Numbered from the stretch's first letter, positions 36,810 to 51,052 are shown. The stretch: DNA of 64,000 nt from Hormiphora californensis (GCA_020137815.1 CM035353.1:3472001-3536000); one strand, 5' to 3'. The notes: generated from the sequence alone by a model not told the origin. Translations and numbers: made by a program.

Positions 36810-39219
36810 TTAATTTAGGTCCCTTTTTGGTTTCTAATGTCAGTATGACATTATTTCAGAATGTAAAATTGTCAAAATGATGTGTTATATGAGAAACGAG
36901 ACGAATTTCTGTGAAAATCGTAATTTCGACGTCATTATGACGTCATCTGACGTAATTAGTGACGTCGTAACGACGTAATTGCATCACACTATATTTTCAA
37001 TGAATACCCTGAAGGAGCTTGTAAAGTATCATTGACCACAGTGGTCAGGAAAGGGAGTTTTTGCTCGAAAAACGTTCATTTTACTGAATTTTTCGTCAAA
37101 TTTTTGACTTCCGACGCGATTTAAGGGCCTAAATTGATGAGCTACGAAAATTTGCAATAAAGCAACTGAAAGTTCAGACAATTTGCCGGCAACGATTTTT
37201 CGTCAAATCAGAAATCGGAACACGTCTTTAGGGTGCTAGAGGCGTTTGAAAAAAGTTAGTCGATCTCGCGCAATGACGTCACTCATGACGTCATTGCGCG
37301 CGTCATAGGTAAGATTGAGAGTCGCCACCCAAATGGGTACATGCACGAGACAATTATCTGTCGAATGCCGCTTGGTTTAAGGTCGTACGATGTCTGGTTC
37401 GCCTCAAACTGGGACCAAACGGAAGGTAATAAAGCGTCTATACATCTATCTATCTATCTATCTATGTATGTATCAACCTAGTTATCCCCACACTGAATTT
37501 TCTATTTTGGGGGTGGTGTTATAACTTTTGAACAAAATGAGCTAGCCACTTGAAATTTTTACCATCGATAGAGGTCTACAAGAAGCTTCTGAGTACAAAA
37601 TTTCAGTTTCCTATCTCATATGGTTCCGGAGTTATGGCGTGTCAAAAAGTGCCAAAATGGGCTAAAAGTATGAAATAACTATATATACGCTGTGAGCAAG
37701 CGGGCCGTTTTTTGGGGGAATTTTTTTCGGGGGGTTGGATGGGGCCACCTTTGCGCTTGCCAGCGCAGTGATATAGTTGCAACTATTCGAATAGTTTTGA
37801 ACATATAAAAAACCTCGAATGATCTTTTACAAATGCTTGATAAATTGAGTTCTTTATGGTCAAATGTCATAAGTTGAAATTAAAGTCATGTGCGGTTAAG
37901 AATTGCCTATATGCTATATGGGAAAATTTCTATGAGAAATTACTTTATTAGGTATGTTTAGAATTATAATCCTTAAAATAATAGAATGATGTTTATTGTT
38001 TAGGATTATCAACCTTAAAAATCATTAAATTTCTTGGACTTCATCGATGCATTGCGCATGCGTGTACGTCGTTCTTCTATTATAATAATCAGTGCTAATT
38101 TCGATTGATATCGGAAGGAATTAAAAACTTAAAAAGTTGCTAGGAGCTTCGGTCACAGCTCAAAAGTATCGGTACTTCCGGGAACTGCAAAACTAAAGTT
38201 ATCTGCTTCAATTCTGTATAGCCAGTCTTCTAATTTCGATTATTCATTATCAATACATGTTGTGATTTGGTAATTTATATAGTCGGACCCCGATTTACCG
38301 GGCAACACCCTTTCTTATTCCCCCGAGCATCCCGGTAAATCGGGGCCCAACTGTATAGATTGATGGTCGGGTATGTGATTTTATGTAAAGAATTGGCGTC
38401 CAATCATCTAAAATTTATCTGATGACCAAATAAAGTGAGGCCATATATTTAATCAAGAAATTAACTTGGAAATTAACTTGAGAAATGACCTGTGAAATGA
38501 CGGTGTAATTGTGTCTAAACGATTGCCATTTCTTATGTATTTGTAAATGCCGCGGTTTGTATTCCCATTAGGAACAGAACTTAATATAGTACAGCACGTA
38601 CAGCACGCACTATTCGAGCTGGGTGGGGCATATGCCACACCCAGTTGCCCACCACTATAAGTACTAAATGGTAAGATGCAAATGGCCTGTACTGCAGTAT
38701 ACTGTTTGTGGTGTGTTCCAACATATAATGTGGCGTGGTTTAATAATACCCATATTAATCCACACCTGGGCCTCATATCAGCCATCCTCAGCTAAAGTAA
38801 TAGGTCCTGACAATGTATGTCCTGTTGCTTTCTATCTAAAAATCTATTAGAAAGTTTCCAACTCCGTATTTTATACTCTCTGGCTCACTTTAAGAATCCC
38901 TCGCCTATAAGCTAGATTACATGGGTGATTATAGTGAGAATACGGTATCGGCGCGGTTCAACACGGTATCTGTGAAAAACGGTAATTGACAACACGTGAT
39001 TCATGTCGACACCGAAATATATATGTATTTCAAATATATATGTATTTCAGAAACCGTAATGGTCAGATCCCGTATTATTCAGATACCGTATTCCCACTAC
39101 AAGCAGCACTCTAATAAGGGTTTAGGGAGCTGCTTCTCCTCCCCTGCACCTCTAGGACTCTATAGTATTAGAGCTTTGGAACTTTCGGTGAAGCTACATG
39201 CAGTTGATCAGATCTGAGA

Positions 39220-40770
39220 TAAAGAAAGGGGGAAGGGGGGGGGGGGGATAGAAGGGGAGGAAGAGAGGGGGAAAGAGAGCAAAAATTCTGCGCGTCTCCC
39301 CGCTCCCTTTTTCAAAAATTTTTCTCGCTTTTTCCTCGCTCCCGCTCTTTCTCGCTCCCCCTCTTTCCCCCTCCCCCCGCTCTCTCTCTTTTCCCCCTCT
39401 CTGGGCTCTCTCTCCTTCTCTTCTCCTCTCCTCTTCTTCTCCTCCCCTCCCCCGCTCTCCCTTTCCTCTCCCCCTTCTCTCCCCCTTTTTCTTCCCCTTT
39501 TTCTTCTTTTGCCTTCTTCTTTTTCTCCCTCTTTTTTCTTTTTTCCCCGGGGGAAAACCCGTTTTTCCTGCAAATGTATAATCTATTGGGTCCGGTGTTT
39601 GGGACCCACGCCTTTTTTTCAAAGGAAGAAAACAGTTAAGGGATGAGAGGGACTCTTGTGGGGTGCGGGGTCAAACTATTAAGTTTGGTGTGGGGTTGAC
39701 GTTGGGGAAGAATTGTTGGGGGGTAAAATGGCCTTTAATTTGGGAGATTGTGGAAACTAATTTTTTACAAAGGGCGGAAACTCGTTCTACAAAAAGTTTT
39801 TCGAAGGGGGTGAAGGGTTTTTTTTTTTGGGACTGGGGCTGTCAAAAGTGGTCAAAAAAGGAGAGAAGAGAGAGAGAGCGAGAAACTCCTTTTTCTCGCC
39901 TTTTCTCTCTCTATCCCTCCCCTTTTAGGGGTCTTTCTCTCGATCTTTCTTTTTCCCCTCTCGGGGTCCCTCTTTACCTCGGCCCCCATAGTCGCGCCAA
40001 AAGCGCTTTTTTCCTCTCTTAGAGCTTCGTTTTTCTCTCTCGCTTCCCCGCCCTCTCTTTTCCCCATTTTATCTTAATTTCCCGCTAAAAAAAGAGAGGA
40101 AAAAAAAAGATTTTTTTAAAAAAAAGTTGTCTCGTCCCCTTGTGTTTTGTTTTTTAATAATCACCATATATACCTTAATAACCCCGATTTTTTTTGTATG
40201 GTTTTAAAAGTATCTGAACGAGCTGTCTTTCCCCCCCCTTTATCTTTTCCCTTAGCACGTGCCCCCATCCTGTCTTTCTTTAAACCCCCCCCCCCCCCCC
40301 CCTACCCCCTTCTCTTTTCTACAAGGGAGCTTCCCAAACTACAAAATGTAAAGTTTTTTTCTATATTTTTTTCCCCTTTTTAAATTTTAAATTTAAACCC
40401 TGGGCCGATGCTTTTTAATACATTAAAATTTTTCCCTCTTTTTGTAATATACCTTTTAAACCCAAAATCGTGCGGCCACCCCTTTTGGGGGTTGGGGATT
40501 ATAATAGACACCCCCCTTTTAATTTTTTCAAACGTTACAAAAAAACCTTGACAAAAAAAACGTGATTCACGGGGGGAGTCCCCTTTATAATTCCCCCATT
40601 TACGGTCCCTATTTTTTTATTAAGGTTTTTTTCTTTTTTTATACCCCGATCGCGTCTTGAGGAAAAAACCCCCCAAAATTTTTCCCTGCGCCATTTCCAT
40701 TACCAAACCCCAATCCCTTTTCTCGTTTTAAATTTTTTCCCCCCCAATGTCTTTTTTTAATTTTCGCTAT
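39220..40770. other. Low-quality homopolymer-rich sequence
   Basis: Same error signature as 860-3560. Confidence 0.7.
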
Positions 40771-40870
40771 ATACCGAACCTCAGCCTATTGTTTAATAGT
40801 TAACTTGACCAAACTAACACCTATATAGCCAGCTTCAAAGAGCAAGCATACCTGATTCAGTATGAGCGTA

Positions 40871-41832
40871 ATGAAAGCAACGTTATTGGTGGCCTTCCTG
40901 GTGTGCACCGTCTATTCAGCCGCCATCGACACAGAGAACTATCTAGCTGACGAATCGGTATGTACATTAGGTATTGGTGACATATAGACACCTGGCGCGA
41001 CCCCCGCACATCTTGGTCGCGCCAGGTGTCTATGTCACCAACATTAGGTATAGTTTTGATATCGCTCAGCTGGGAGAAAACATTGTTGACTGAACCAATT
41101 GAAGCATTTCCTTCAGAACTGAAAACTGAGTTTCAGACAAAAATTGCTTCTTCTTATGGTACTTATAATCGCATCTCAGGATCGCGCCTCGCCTAATTTC
41201 ACCCTTATCTGTAATTCCTTATCATCCCTCCCTTCTCTACAGGTACAGATGCATGAAGGGTTAGCAGCAGCAGAAGGAAAGGATGAGGCCAAGAGGGACG
41301 TTGATCAGGGATACCCTGGGTTCAACGGTGGCAACAGGAGGTAATGTAGGATTTTATTATGCCTATAAGTTGTACCTGAAAACCTATAACACGAGACCTA
41401 AGGTCGAGTGTTATAAGTGCAACAATAATGATCCGAGACCACAGGTCGAGGCAGATTCTTGTACTTTAGTGCACGAGCCTGCGAGTGCCACTAAGTATAA
41501 CTACCTCACGAGCCTGCGAGTGATGTAGTTTTACTTTTTGACCGAGCCTGCGAGGTCTAAAAGTGTCAGAATCTGGGACATTATTGTTGACGTCAGGTAC
41601 AACGAAAATAGGCATAATAAAATTGCATTGTAAAATTTTAAAACAGGAGTGAGAGACACTTTAGGGCGTAACAATAGAACGAATTCATGATAAGGTAGCA
41701 GGCAGAGATAAGATAACGCCTGATATAGGTACAAAGTGAGAGATTAGTGAGAGTGAGAGAGATAAAGAATGTGTGGGTCCGGAAGTTCGTAACTGTTATC
41801 TTGATCTCGGTGCTGCAACGGCTTGAGAGTGT

Positions 41833-41877
<45 letters not shown>

Positions 41878-42272
41878 TTCGTACACGTTTATCTTTCTAA
41901 CGGTTTTTAAGTGTGACAGAAACAGTGGAGTTCGAAGTGCAGCAGTGTTATAAGTTTTCATGTATCACTGGGGGGTGTTATAAGTTTTCACTTATAACAC
42001 TGGGCAGTGTTATAAGTTTTCACTTATAACACTGGGCAGTGTTATAAGTTGTACAAGCAGTGCTACCTAAAGAATTATATTATATCTCAAAATTTTACAA
42101 TGATCCTTAGTTGAATAATATTCTATTATCAAATATATTACATATATTATCAAATATGTACATATACATACATGTATGTACTTAATATTTCTTTGTGATA
42201 AATAATAAAAACAAGTAATTTTGAACTTTTTATAAAATAAAACAACAATTGTATTTCAGATGGTACGGCTAA
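40871..42272 (+). CDS. Neuropeptide precursor, VWYamide family (predicted ...GFNGGNRRWY-amide)
   Basis: Exons 40871-40957, 41243-41340, 42260-42272 (GT-AG, phases 0 and 2) give MKATLLVAFLVCTVYSAAIDTENYLADESVQMHEGLAAAEGKDEAKRDVDQGYPGFNGGNRRWYG*: signal peptide, acidic spacer, KR site, terminal Gly amide donor. An in-frame ATG also exists at 40862. Confidence 0.85.
40974..41041. mobile_element. 68-bp hairpin mini-element with 9-bp TSD (MULE-like)
   Basis: CATTAGGTA direct repeats at 40965-40973 and 41042-41050 flank TTGGTGAC...GTCACCAA. Confidence 0.75.
41364..42054. mobile_element. Possible Crypton-like non-autonomous element in neuropeptide intron 2
   Basis: Terminal direct repeat TATAAGTTGTAC, internal CACGAGCCTGCGAGTG hairpins and a ~33-bp tandem repeat near 41940-42050. 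Confidence 0.4.
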
Positions 42273-42804
42273 AAAGATCAAGTGGTCCCCAGTATTCCTA
42301 AGGATATCATTACCCCCTCTCAAGTTCACTTCTTTCGGGAAGTGCCCCGTTTTTACTCCAGCATAAGATCCTCCCAGATCTACAATCTCTATGACGACGC
42401 GTCTTCCACGATCACATGAAATTTATAGTATCAAAGTGTGTGAGGGTGTGTGTGTGTGTGCGTGATGAATAGACACAAAACTCATCCAGGTTTCAAGTAT
42501 AATTTGTTTAGTGTGGATGATTTAGTGTGTTTAAATGGACCCACGTGTGTGCATCTTTCAATATGAGTTGTCTTAATTATTCATCTATATGTTTTAGCCT
42601 CTTTTTCATTCAGTCTTAAGACAATTCAGCTGTTTATTTTAAGTTTATCTGTCTGGCCCCGCCGAATGAGCGCACTGTTGAGTTTTGAGAATCAAAACGG
42701 GGGGGGGGGGGCAGCGGCGCCAGACAGAGTTGTTTATTATCTTCTCCAAAACCACCTTCAAATCTTCAGACCTCTTGGAAACTGCAACTTTCCTTTGCGG
42801 TGTT

Positions 42805-45800
42805 TTAAATATATTTTGGTGCTGCTGAGAATATTATCGGGTCGGCCATCTCCTCGCATATTGTCAACTGGGGAAAAAGAATTAAAAGTATGAATAACGT
42901 ACATATTTCCCCTTAAATTGAAGAAATAGGATTTTTAAAGTCGATTAATCACCCTCAATAACTGTAGGCTTATACCTTTTCGAAAACGTCCGTTATCTTC
43001 TTCTGTTCACTCTGTACCCCATCTGTCTTTTTGAACTCCCAAAAATCCTAAAAAGTATGTAGTTATAAACATTTTAAATCTAATCTATCTAATTTCATGG
43101 ATAATGCAGTTGGTAACATGAATAGTATAGTTTACCTCTTGTCCAAAAGCGATGGCATACCCTTCTTTATACGAGTCGGTTATTCCTTGAAGTTTTGTAA
43201 AATCAAAAAATTTCCACTTTTTCGTTATATCACGATACCTCCTGCAGAAAAGTGTACAATAAAACATTACAAATTGAGCTTGGAAGAAACTAAGAATAGG
43301 AAAATTTATATACTTCTTTAGAATTTGAGAGGTAGACTTATCAACGACTTCCCTTTTCCACCTTCCCACTTTACCATTTCGTGAAAACAAAGTCAAACAC
43401 CGCGAATCGGACCTGAAAAAGGTATTTTTGGGACATTATAGTTAATAAACTAAACTCAATATACTTCTAATGCTTCATCCCACAATATGTATAAGGGAAA
43501 CAGTCGTGCATTAATCTCAGGCCCAGGTTTAGTTCACGGATTTTCACCCCAGACACCGCACGTGAGATATCAAATTCATTCTTGGCTGTTCCCTGAAAAT
43601 CTCAGATCTTATGTGTCTATAGACAGGTTCAGGTCACGGCTTATAAGCCGTGACCTGAACCTGAGATTCAGGCACGACTAGTTGAAAGAAATAACAAGCT
43701 GCCCTTACTTGTATGCCCCGACAATGTTTGTAAGGTCCTCCGAGAAAAGGTCTTTTACTTGGCGTTGCTTCTTCTTTCTTGTGTACATACCTTCCTCTAA
43801 ACTATCACTCCGATCTACACAAGGAATTTTGTGGGAATTTAGATTTTGATCCTGCCGTCAAATTCAATTGTTCGTCCATGCCCTAGTAAAGGTCGCAGCG
43901 GCCATTATTAAGAAAAATGTGCATTTTTGTTCTTCAGACAGGGTCGGTAAATACTATAGTATTAGATCCCTATTTGTAAATAGGGATCCGACCTGTCGGA
44001 GCATTTGAATAGCAACTGATAATTAATCATTACCTTGTAATTTCCACTGATACACATCATTTCCAGCTACAAAGTAAAGCTTCTTCTTACTGTACGGGTC
44101 GTTCATTACTGCAGTGAAACCCTGAGCATGAATACATAGATTTAATATAGAACCCTGTACATGAACTGAGGGAATATATAATCATTTAAATCAATAAACC
44201 CCTGCACATGATGGAATATTAACTTACAACTCTGTTAATAAACCCTGCATATGATGGAAACACCCTTTCCCGCGAGGATCCCGGTAAATAGGGGTGCAAT
44301 ACGTAAGCAATATAAACATACCGAGGGGAAATTAAAGGATCCCATTAGTTTAGGATAACCCGGCTGTAGTATAGGTTTATCCTGACACAGAGAGATATTT
44401 GAAGAAATGAGAATTTCCAAAGATATACAGATACTCTCCACGTCTCACAGCGCCCCTGAATTGTATTACAGTTGGAATTGCAGTTGTAGATGAACAGATT
44501 AAGTCGACTCAATTATAAAATACTTAGTGCCTGTATGATGTACCCGGAATATTGTTCACATTGATACCTGAGTGAGATCGACGTCGAGATCGATCTCACA
44601 TACATTCTTCGCGGAGCGAAAATAGGTTGCAATGGACCCAACCCAGAATATGGGGGGGGGAACAGTCGTGCCTGAAACTGAGGTTCAGGCACGTCTGTTT
44701 TCCCCCATTAATGTTACAAGAGCTGACCGCTACAGTAAGTGAAGTTCCCTGCACATATACCTAATATAGTTTTGACAGGGGACCTCAATTATGTTATCTG
44801 TGGTAGCTATTGATCCCGTAGGGGTGACACTTGTGTGATCAGGCATGCCCGCTGATGCCTCACACACAAACCGCTCCACACGGTTCCTGTGCTCCTCGGG
44901 GCCGGTACACAGCCTGTATGACCACAACGGTTTACCATACTGAACTTCTACGGAAAGGTATATATTGTGGCGATTCAAACAGCTAGTAATACTGTTGACG
45001 CTCCAGTTGCTAAATTGAAACTGACATCAGTTTCATGAAACTGGTGTCAGTTTCAAGCTGGTGAACTACATGCTGCCGTGTGCAGTGTCATTTGGCACCA
45101 AGAAACTGATGTCAGTTTCAAATTTTGTAACTGGTCCCTTACAAACCTTGAACCAAACAGTAGGAAGAATCAATATTCTCAAAGTCTGTCTCGTTGTTCT
45201 GTTGTGGTTTTACATGGGGATCAAATCGTGCACCGTTAGACCAGTAGCTCTCTGTACCACGGTGACTGAAACAGAATGTCAGGCGTTACTAATTAATTAA
45301 TGAATTAATTGATATTGTTATCTGTTGAATTGAGTACCTTACAGTCCGTCATACACATTTTTATATGGAATTTTGTGCTCGTATTTTCTGTCAGAATCTG
45401 TATAACACGCACGTGAATTTGAGCCGCGGCGCGGCGCATCTGCACGTGCGGGTTTTCAAGAGAGAGTGAGAGACAAACGTACAACGTTAATGTGCGTCTC
45501 TCTCTTTAATCTCGCACGTGAATTTGAGCCGCGGCGCGGCGCATCTGCACGTGCGGTTCTTCCAGAAATTCCAAATAGAAATCCCATATAGAAATTCCAA
45601 ATAAAAATGTGTATGACGCCGTGTTATGGGGCCGGGGGAAAACAGTCGTGCCTGCAAATCTCAGGATCAGGTCACGGCTATATTCACCCCCGAGGCCTGT
45701 GATCTCAGAACTATTTTTGAAAACTTCACTGAAAACTTCACTGAAATCTTAGAGAATATTCTTCCCATGATAAATAACATACCCAAGCCAAATGGTTTGC

Positions 45801-48800
45801 ACATTAGCTAGCCTGGAATCTGTTGATATGAACCGCATGAGAACAATGTCATTTGCAGCGACAAGAGTAGCTCCTGGAAAGATATTTTTAAGTATTCAGT
45901 GTCGGTATAAAAAAAATTCAGTGTCGGTGAAACAAAACATTTCGAATTTCGCGAATAATAAGATGAATATAATTGTCCAATATTAATTAAGGATTAGATT
46001 TATAGTTTACCCATTGCTCGACACTTATTTTCGGCATCATCCCAAGAAACTCCACTTTTGTACCGTTCTCCGACTTTGAAGCACCGCCCGTAGAATCCCG
46101 TCCACCCCTCTTTACAATCACCATCACCTGCAGGTATATAGATTATGAAATTACTCATCAACACAAGGGGTAACTGCATAACCATTGCAAAGGTATAGAT
46201 AATTGTGTTTGTCAAACCCCTTTTTAGCTTAGTGTATACCAGGAACCGACCGAATCAGGAAATACTGGTCCCTGATTGGCTGATAACCAGTCACATGACC
46301 TAAATGACGAGTTCTGATTGGTTGTTTACTTGTTTCGGTCGGTTCCTGGTGTATACCTGGATTGTAGAGAAGTTTTACTCCAAGAATATCATCAACACTC
46401 AGCTCAGTATCTTCATGGTCTCTGATGGGATGATAAAGTAGTTTGGGGTTGGGTCATTACCCAAATTATCAAACCTCAGAAAAGTCAAGTGGGTTTAGTA
46501 AACCTCAATTCTCAACTCAGCTCAGTTGCTCATGCTCGTAGCTGTAGAAGCACACGCCAAACATTTTTAAACAGCTAAAAAGTTGTTTTGATATTATAAA
46601 CATAGGGGGAAAACAGCCTGAACCTCAAGTCCAGTGCACGGCTATTTTCCACTGAGGCCTGAGATCTCAGTGACGGCTATTCCCTGAGATTTAAGGGAAT
46701 AGCCATCACTGAAACCTGAGGTTCAGGCATGACTGTTTTCCCCTAAAGGTGTTTTGATACATGTACAAATATGTATAAACATAGTATGAACTATGCTGTT
46801 ATCATATACACTGGTGTTCCGTAATATTGGCCGCCTGATAAAATAATGATATTTTACTAGTAGAAACGCTGTCGTATTAATATCCTCATATCCTTCACTT
46901 CAGCTTTCCTTCAAGATTCTTTTATAAACATGAAACTTCTCCGCTGTGTGTTCCAGGTAAGTCTCTCTTGTTGCTTGTGAGATAATTTACATTACATCTC
47001 TTGTAATGAGATGAAGGGGGATAATGTTTGTGCATATAATTCAATGGACTACAAGAGTTATCTTGATTACTGTTGTATGCTGCATGTCTGCTAGCTTATC
47101 ATTGAAATAAACAGTTCTTTTGATCAGAAATTTGATTTTTGAAATGGATTGTTGTTGATTTCTTATGCAATGTATTTGACTTGTATCTTTCAAGGAATGG
47201 CTCTCTCTTATCTCGATTCGGACACCCCTGAGGTGGTCCTCAGGAGTCTATTCACTAAATATGACCCCGATGGAAGTGGCTCTCTTTCCTTAGCAGAATC
47301 AAGAACATTCCTCTGCTCTGACCTGGGGTTCGAAGAGGAGGAGGCCGAGGCGTGTGTGTTGCTACACGATAACGATGGGAGTGGAACCCTTAGTTTGGAG
47401 GAATTTATCAGCTGGGCACGTGCAGGTGACAAGTTTACTAGTGTGACCGATGAAACAGTGTACTATAAGGTTTCTGCAGCGGTCGAAATGTTCAAATCGT
47501 ATGACAAGGATGGACGGGGGTCTTTGGATGTTGGGGAGTTTAGTTCCGTTTTAGGCGATCTGGGGTATGATCCAGATACGGCGGAATCGGCCGTGAAGGC
47601 TCTTGATGGAGATGGAAATGGAGTGGTGTCTTTCCCGGAGTTTTTAAAGTGGCTCAACTGGGTTTAAAATGTTTTTAATGAATTTAATCTGTACTGAGTC
47701 TTAACGTTAATTTATGTACATATTTTGTATTTTTCAAAATATAAGTTAATTTTATAGATCAACTAACTTAGTTACTTAGAAACTGAACTAGAATATCAGT
47801 AGTTTGCAGTATATACTCACGCTTCACTGGCGGTAGGTCTCATCTTGACGGTTGACAGCATTACGCTCCCTGGCACCGTTGAGTGGGCCAGTCCCAGAAC
47901 GTGCCCTAACTCATGAAGTGTGATGTAGTGGAAATTATATCCACCTTCCCCTCCGAATTTAACACTCGCCCTGAAATATAGTGATCAGTAGAAAATATAT
48001 GGAATCTCGGTAAAAAATCAGAGAATTCAAGTGGTGTCGTTCGAAGAAGGCAGACGGTTTATCGTGACCGGCCGTTAGAGATGGCCAGTTAAAATTGGGC
48101 CAGTATTATCAAAGGGCCAATTTGACTAGCTATAGACTGTGTTTCGCAGACTGTAATGTAAAGGAGTGTTAGAACATAGCAAAGGGGCGTGTGTTTTGAT
48201 AAGGTGGTGTACCTGTAATGTACTTGGCCGTGATATTCTCTGTTAGGGAAAGGGGCGTGGGCGAGTTCTGTTCCCAGAAATGTTTTATCCGAATGGGCGT
48301 CAGGTACAAATGATAACTTCCAATCCGGTTCTCCTTCCTGGTAGGAAATGCATGGTATTCAGATACACACTGTCGGACCCCGATTTATCAGAACTCAGGT
48401 TTGCCGGAACCCCGATTTACCGAAATCCCGATTTACCGGAACTCCGATTTACCGGGAGAATAAACTTCCCCCGATATAGGAAATTAACAGTATGTCGCCC
48501 CGATATACGGGGAAACAGGCAAAACCCTTTTTCCCGAGCATCCCGGTAAATTGGGCCCGACTAGTAAAGTACTGACCTGCATATAATGAGACTAGGCTTT
48601 AGTATATGTATTTACCCTATTTTCCTCAAATGTAACTGCACTCTCGATGGCTGCTTGCCACTGTTGAAACGCTTTGGATACTTTGTAGTTCATTAACGTA
48701 TCGCTACCCGTTGTATTGAGCAACCTCCAGGTGTACCGCAACTTGTCAACTCCGATTTCTCCTCGTCCCTGGATGGAATATGATCCAACCTCCGCACTTT

Positions 48801-50491
48801 CTTCTTGATCATTTAGTCCGCTGAGGTCCTCTGTGGCATTATGGCTGTTATTATAACACAAAACAATTTCGAATAACTCTAATGTTTTTATCGGAACTGC
48901 AGATTGCACAGTCGGACCGCGGGGTGCTTGTAAATCGGGGTGTCCGTTATATCGAGGCCCGGTAAATCGGGGTCCGACTGCAGCCTATTACTACACTTTC
49001 TACTCACTAAACTCTCCGATGGCACGACGAATAACTTTAGCTGACTCCTTACTCAAATGCCCATTATCGTCAAAAACAATATCCGGGTTTCCACAGCGCT
49101 CTTCTGCCATCTTCCGAACAGCTTGGGAAACGTCAACCCTGTGGAAGGATAATATTTTGTGTTAATTGGGTTAAATTAAAAAACATTTAATACAGTTCTA
49201 CAAATTGAGTAAACGATTATTAAATCTTGTATTACTTTGTTCTACAAATTGAAACACTTTAGGCTGTGGCAAACACAGTTATATGTGTTCAATGAATGAA
49301 AGTTACCCGGTTCTTCGTATCAGCCCAAACTCTGACAACATGCTCAATAAATGAACCATCAACTAATTATTTGCCTTGCTCGACCCTGATCTTTCCGTAA
49401 AGGATGGTTAGAACATAACAACCAGGAACCGACCGAAACAAGTTAACAACCAATCAGAACTCGTTATTTAGGTCACGTGACTGGATATCAGCCAATCAGG
49501 GACCAGTATTTCCTGATTCGGTCGGTTCCTGATAACAACTAATCATTGATGGTGTGAGGAGGCTATATAGTTACCACTCTTACCCCATGAAGTCAGCATA
49601 TGTGTAAACTGCATCTGATATGGCGCCATTCGTGACATTCGTGTAGTCACTGGTAGTAGCGGATATGACGCCTTTAAGATATCCATACTTTACAAGATGA
49701 CCCTGAAAATAATACCCAATTAAATACTTTTTACTTTATATCGAATTATTTAATTTAATCATTTAATCAATTATTATTGATATTGAACTTTGTTAAATCT
49801 TTTAAAATAAAGAAATTAAAATTATTACCATTGGAGTTTCGCTGATCTGCTTATCTGCTTTCTCTAGTGTTGTAAGAGAGAGTGGTTTTTTGATGTTCGC
49901 CTCAAGAGTCCCTGAAATTAAAAACTGATTAAAATAGTTGATAGTTTTAGGTTTCACAGTATAATATATACCATTATTTTGAATATCAATGATATAATAC
50001 CTGGGACTATAATTTGGTATTTTGTATCGAGGTTAACTTCTAGCTGAAATTTTGAATTTTATACAAACCATCAAACTTGTTTACATCTTGAGCATCGTAG
50101 CTTTCCATCAATTCGCTGATGGGCTTTCCAAACGTCTTTAGATCATCTAAAACTGTAATACGGAAAATACATGTGTTTTAGTAGTGATCGGATTTATCGG
50201 GATGCTCAGGGGAAGAAGAGATGTGTAGTACTAACATCCATGGTACAAATTGTGTACGGTATATCAACTAATAACTATCAAGGTGCGCAGTAGAATAGCT
50301 GGGGCAATTTATTTGGTAAAACATGGCCGGTAAACAAGGTTTTGCCTGTAAAAATTCAACTTACGATCATCCAAGTCTGTGTAACATTCGTCTGCCAACA
50401 AGCCGTCAATACACTGCAGTTTCGTTTTACTCCGCTCGAGCGGCAGGCCGTCCAGTAATACAGGGAGGAGAAGGAACAATAGAAAATACAT
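42805..50491 (-). CDS. Matrix metalloproteinase (M10A) with C-type lectin and hemopexin-like domains
   Basis: Signal peptide at 50491; cysteine switch ERCGNPD (~49081-49101); LAHAPFP; HELGHVLGLAH (47883-47915) with Met-turn SVM; LSVDDILGVKLLY (46357-46421). CTL: CKEGWTGFYGRCF...WDDAENKC...IWLG...FVCE (46127-~44860). Hemopexin-like exons LYFVAGNDVYQW and FWEF; 3' exons less certain. Confidence 0.85.
46238..46350. mobile_element. ACCAGGAACCGACCGAA-TIR MITE
   Basis: Inverted termini; further copies at 49421-49531 and ~52724-52812. Confidence 0.8.
47197..47667 (+). CDS. Calmodulin-like 4-EF-hand protein (156 aa), nested antisense in an MMP intron
   Basis: Loops DPDGSGSLSLAE, DNDGSGTLSLEE, DKDGRGSLDVGE, DGDGNGVVSFPE. 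Lies in MMP intron 46422-47820. Confidence 0.92.
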   Translation: MALSYLDSDTPEVVLRSLFTKYDPDGSGSLSLAESRTFLCSDLGFEEEEAEACVLLHDNDGSGTLSLEEFISWARAGDKFTSVTDETVYYKVSAAVEMFKSYDKDGRGSLDVGEFSSVLGDLGYDPDTAESAVKALDGDGNGVVSFPEFLKWLNWV

Positions 50492-51052
50492 GATGAAAAC
50501 TAAATAGAATTATTAGGCTAAATTACTCTGAAAGAGGCAAAATTATTTAACTAAAAACAAAACTATTTGACTAAAAACAAAACTATTCAACTAAAAATAA
50601 AACTTAAAAACAACGGAACAATTGTTTCATAAAAACAACACTATTAAACTAAAACTAACTAGTTATTTACTATAAGAAATTGTCAGAAGCGTTTATCGTC
50701 CAATGTTCTATTTCTTAAGCTGAATTAACTTGGAAATAAATTTATTCATAACATGTGTGATGTATAAATTAATCTGAGAAACACTACAAAAGTGACATAA
50801 TTTACTGGTGATTATATCCAGTTTTTATAACATTATGGACCTAAACAATTAAATTAATCATAAAGTATGATGTCATGCGCCCATGATGATACTGGCTGAA
50901 TTTATCGAAATATTGCTGGTGCCGAAATGAAGCCAAAAGTCCGGACAAAGATGAATTTATATTTTAGGTTATGATATGACGAATTTATAATTTAGGAAAT
51001 GATATCACATATAATGGGAATAATTCAATTAGGTTGCTCCCACGACCCAGCT

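Noticed and set aside
47197-47667. Ctenophore photoprotein or true calmodulin
   Set aside because: 156 aa with four canonical loops, whereas photoproteins are ~200 aa with three functional loops. The sequence is far from conserved calmodulin.
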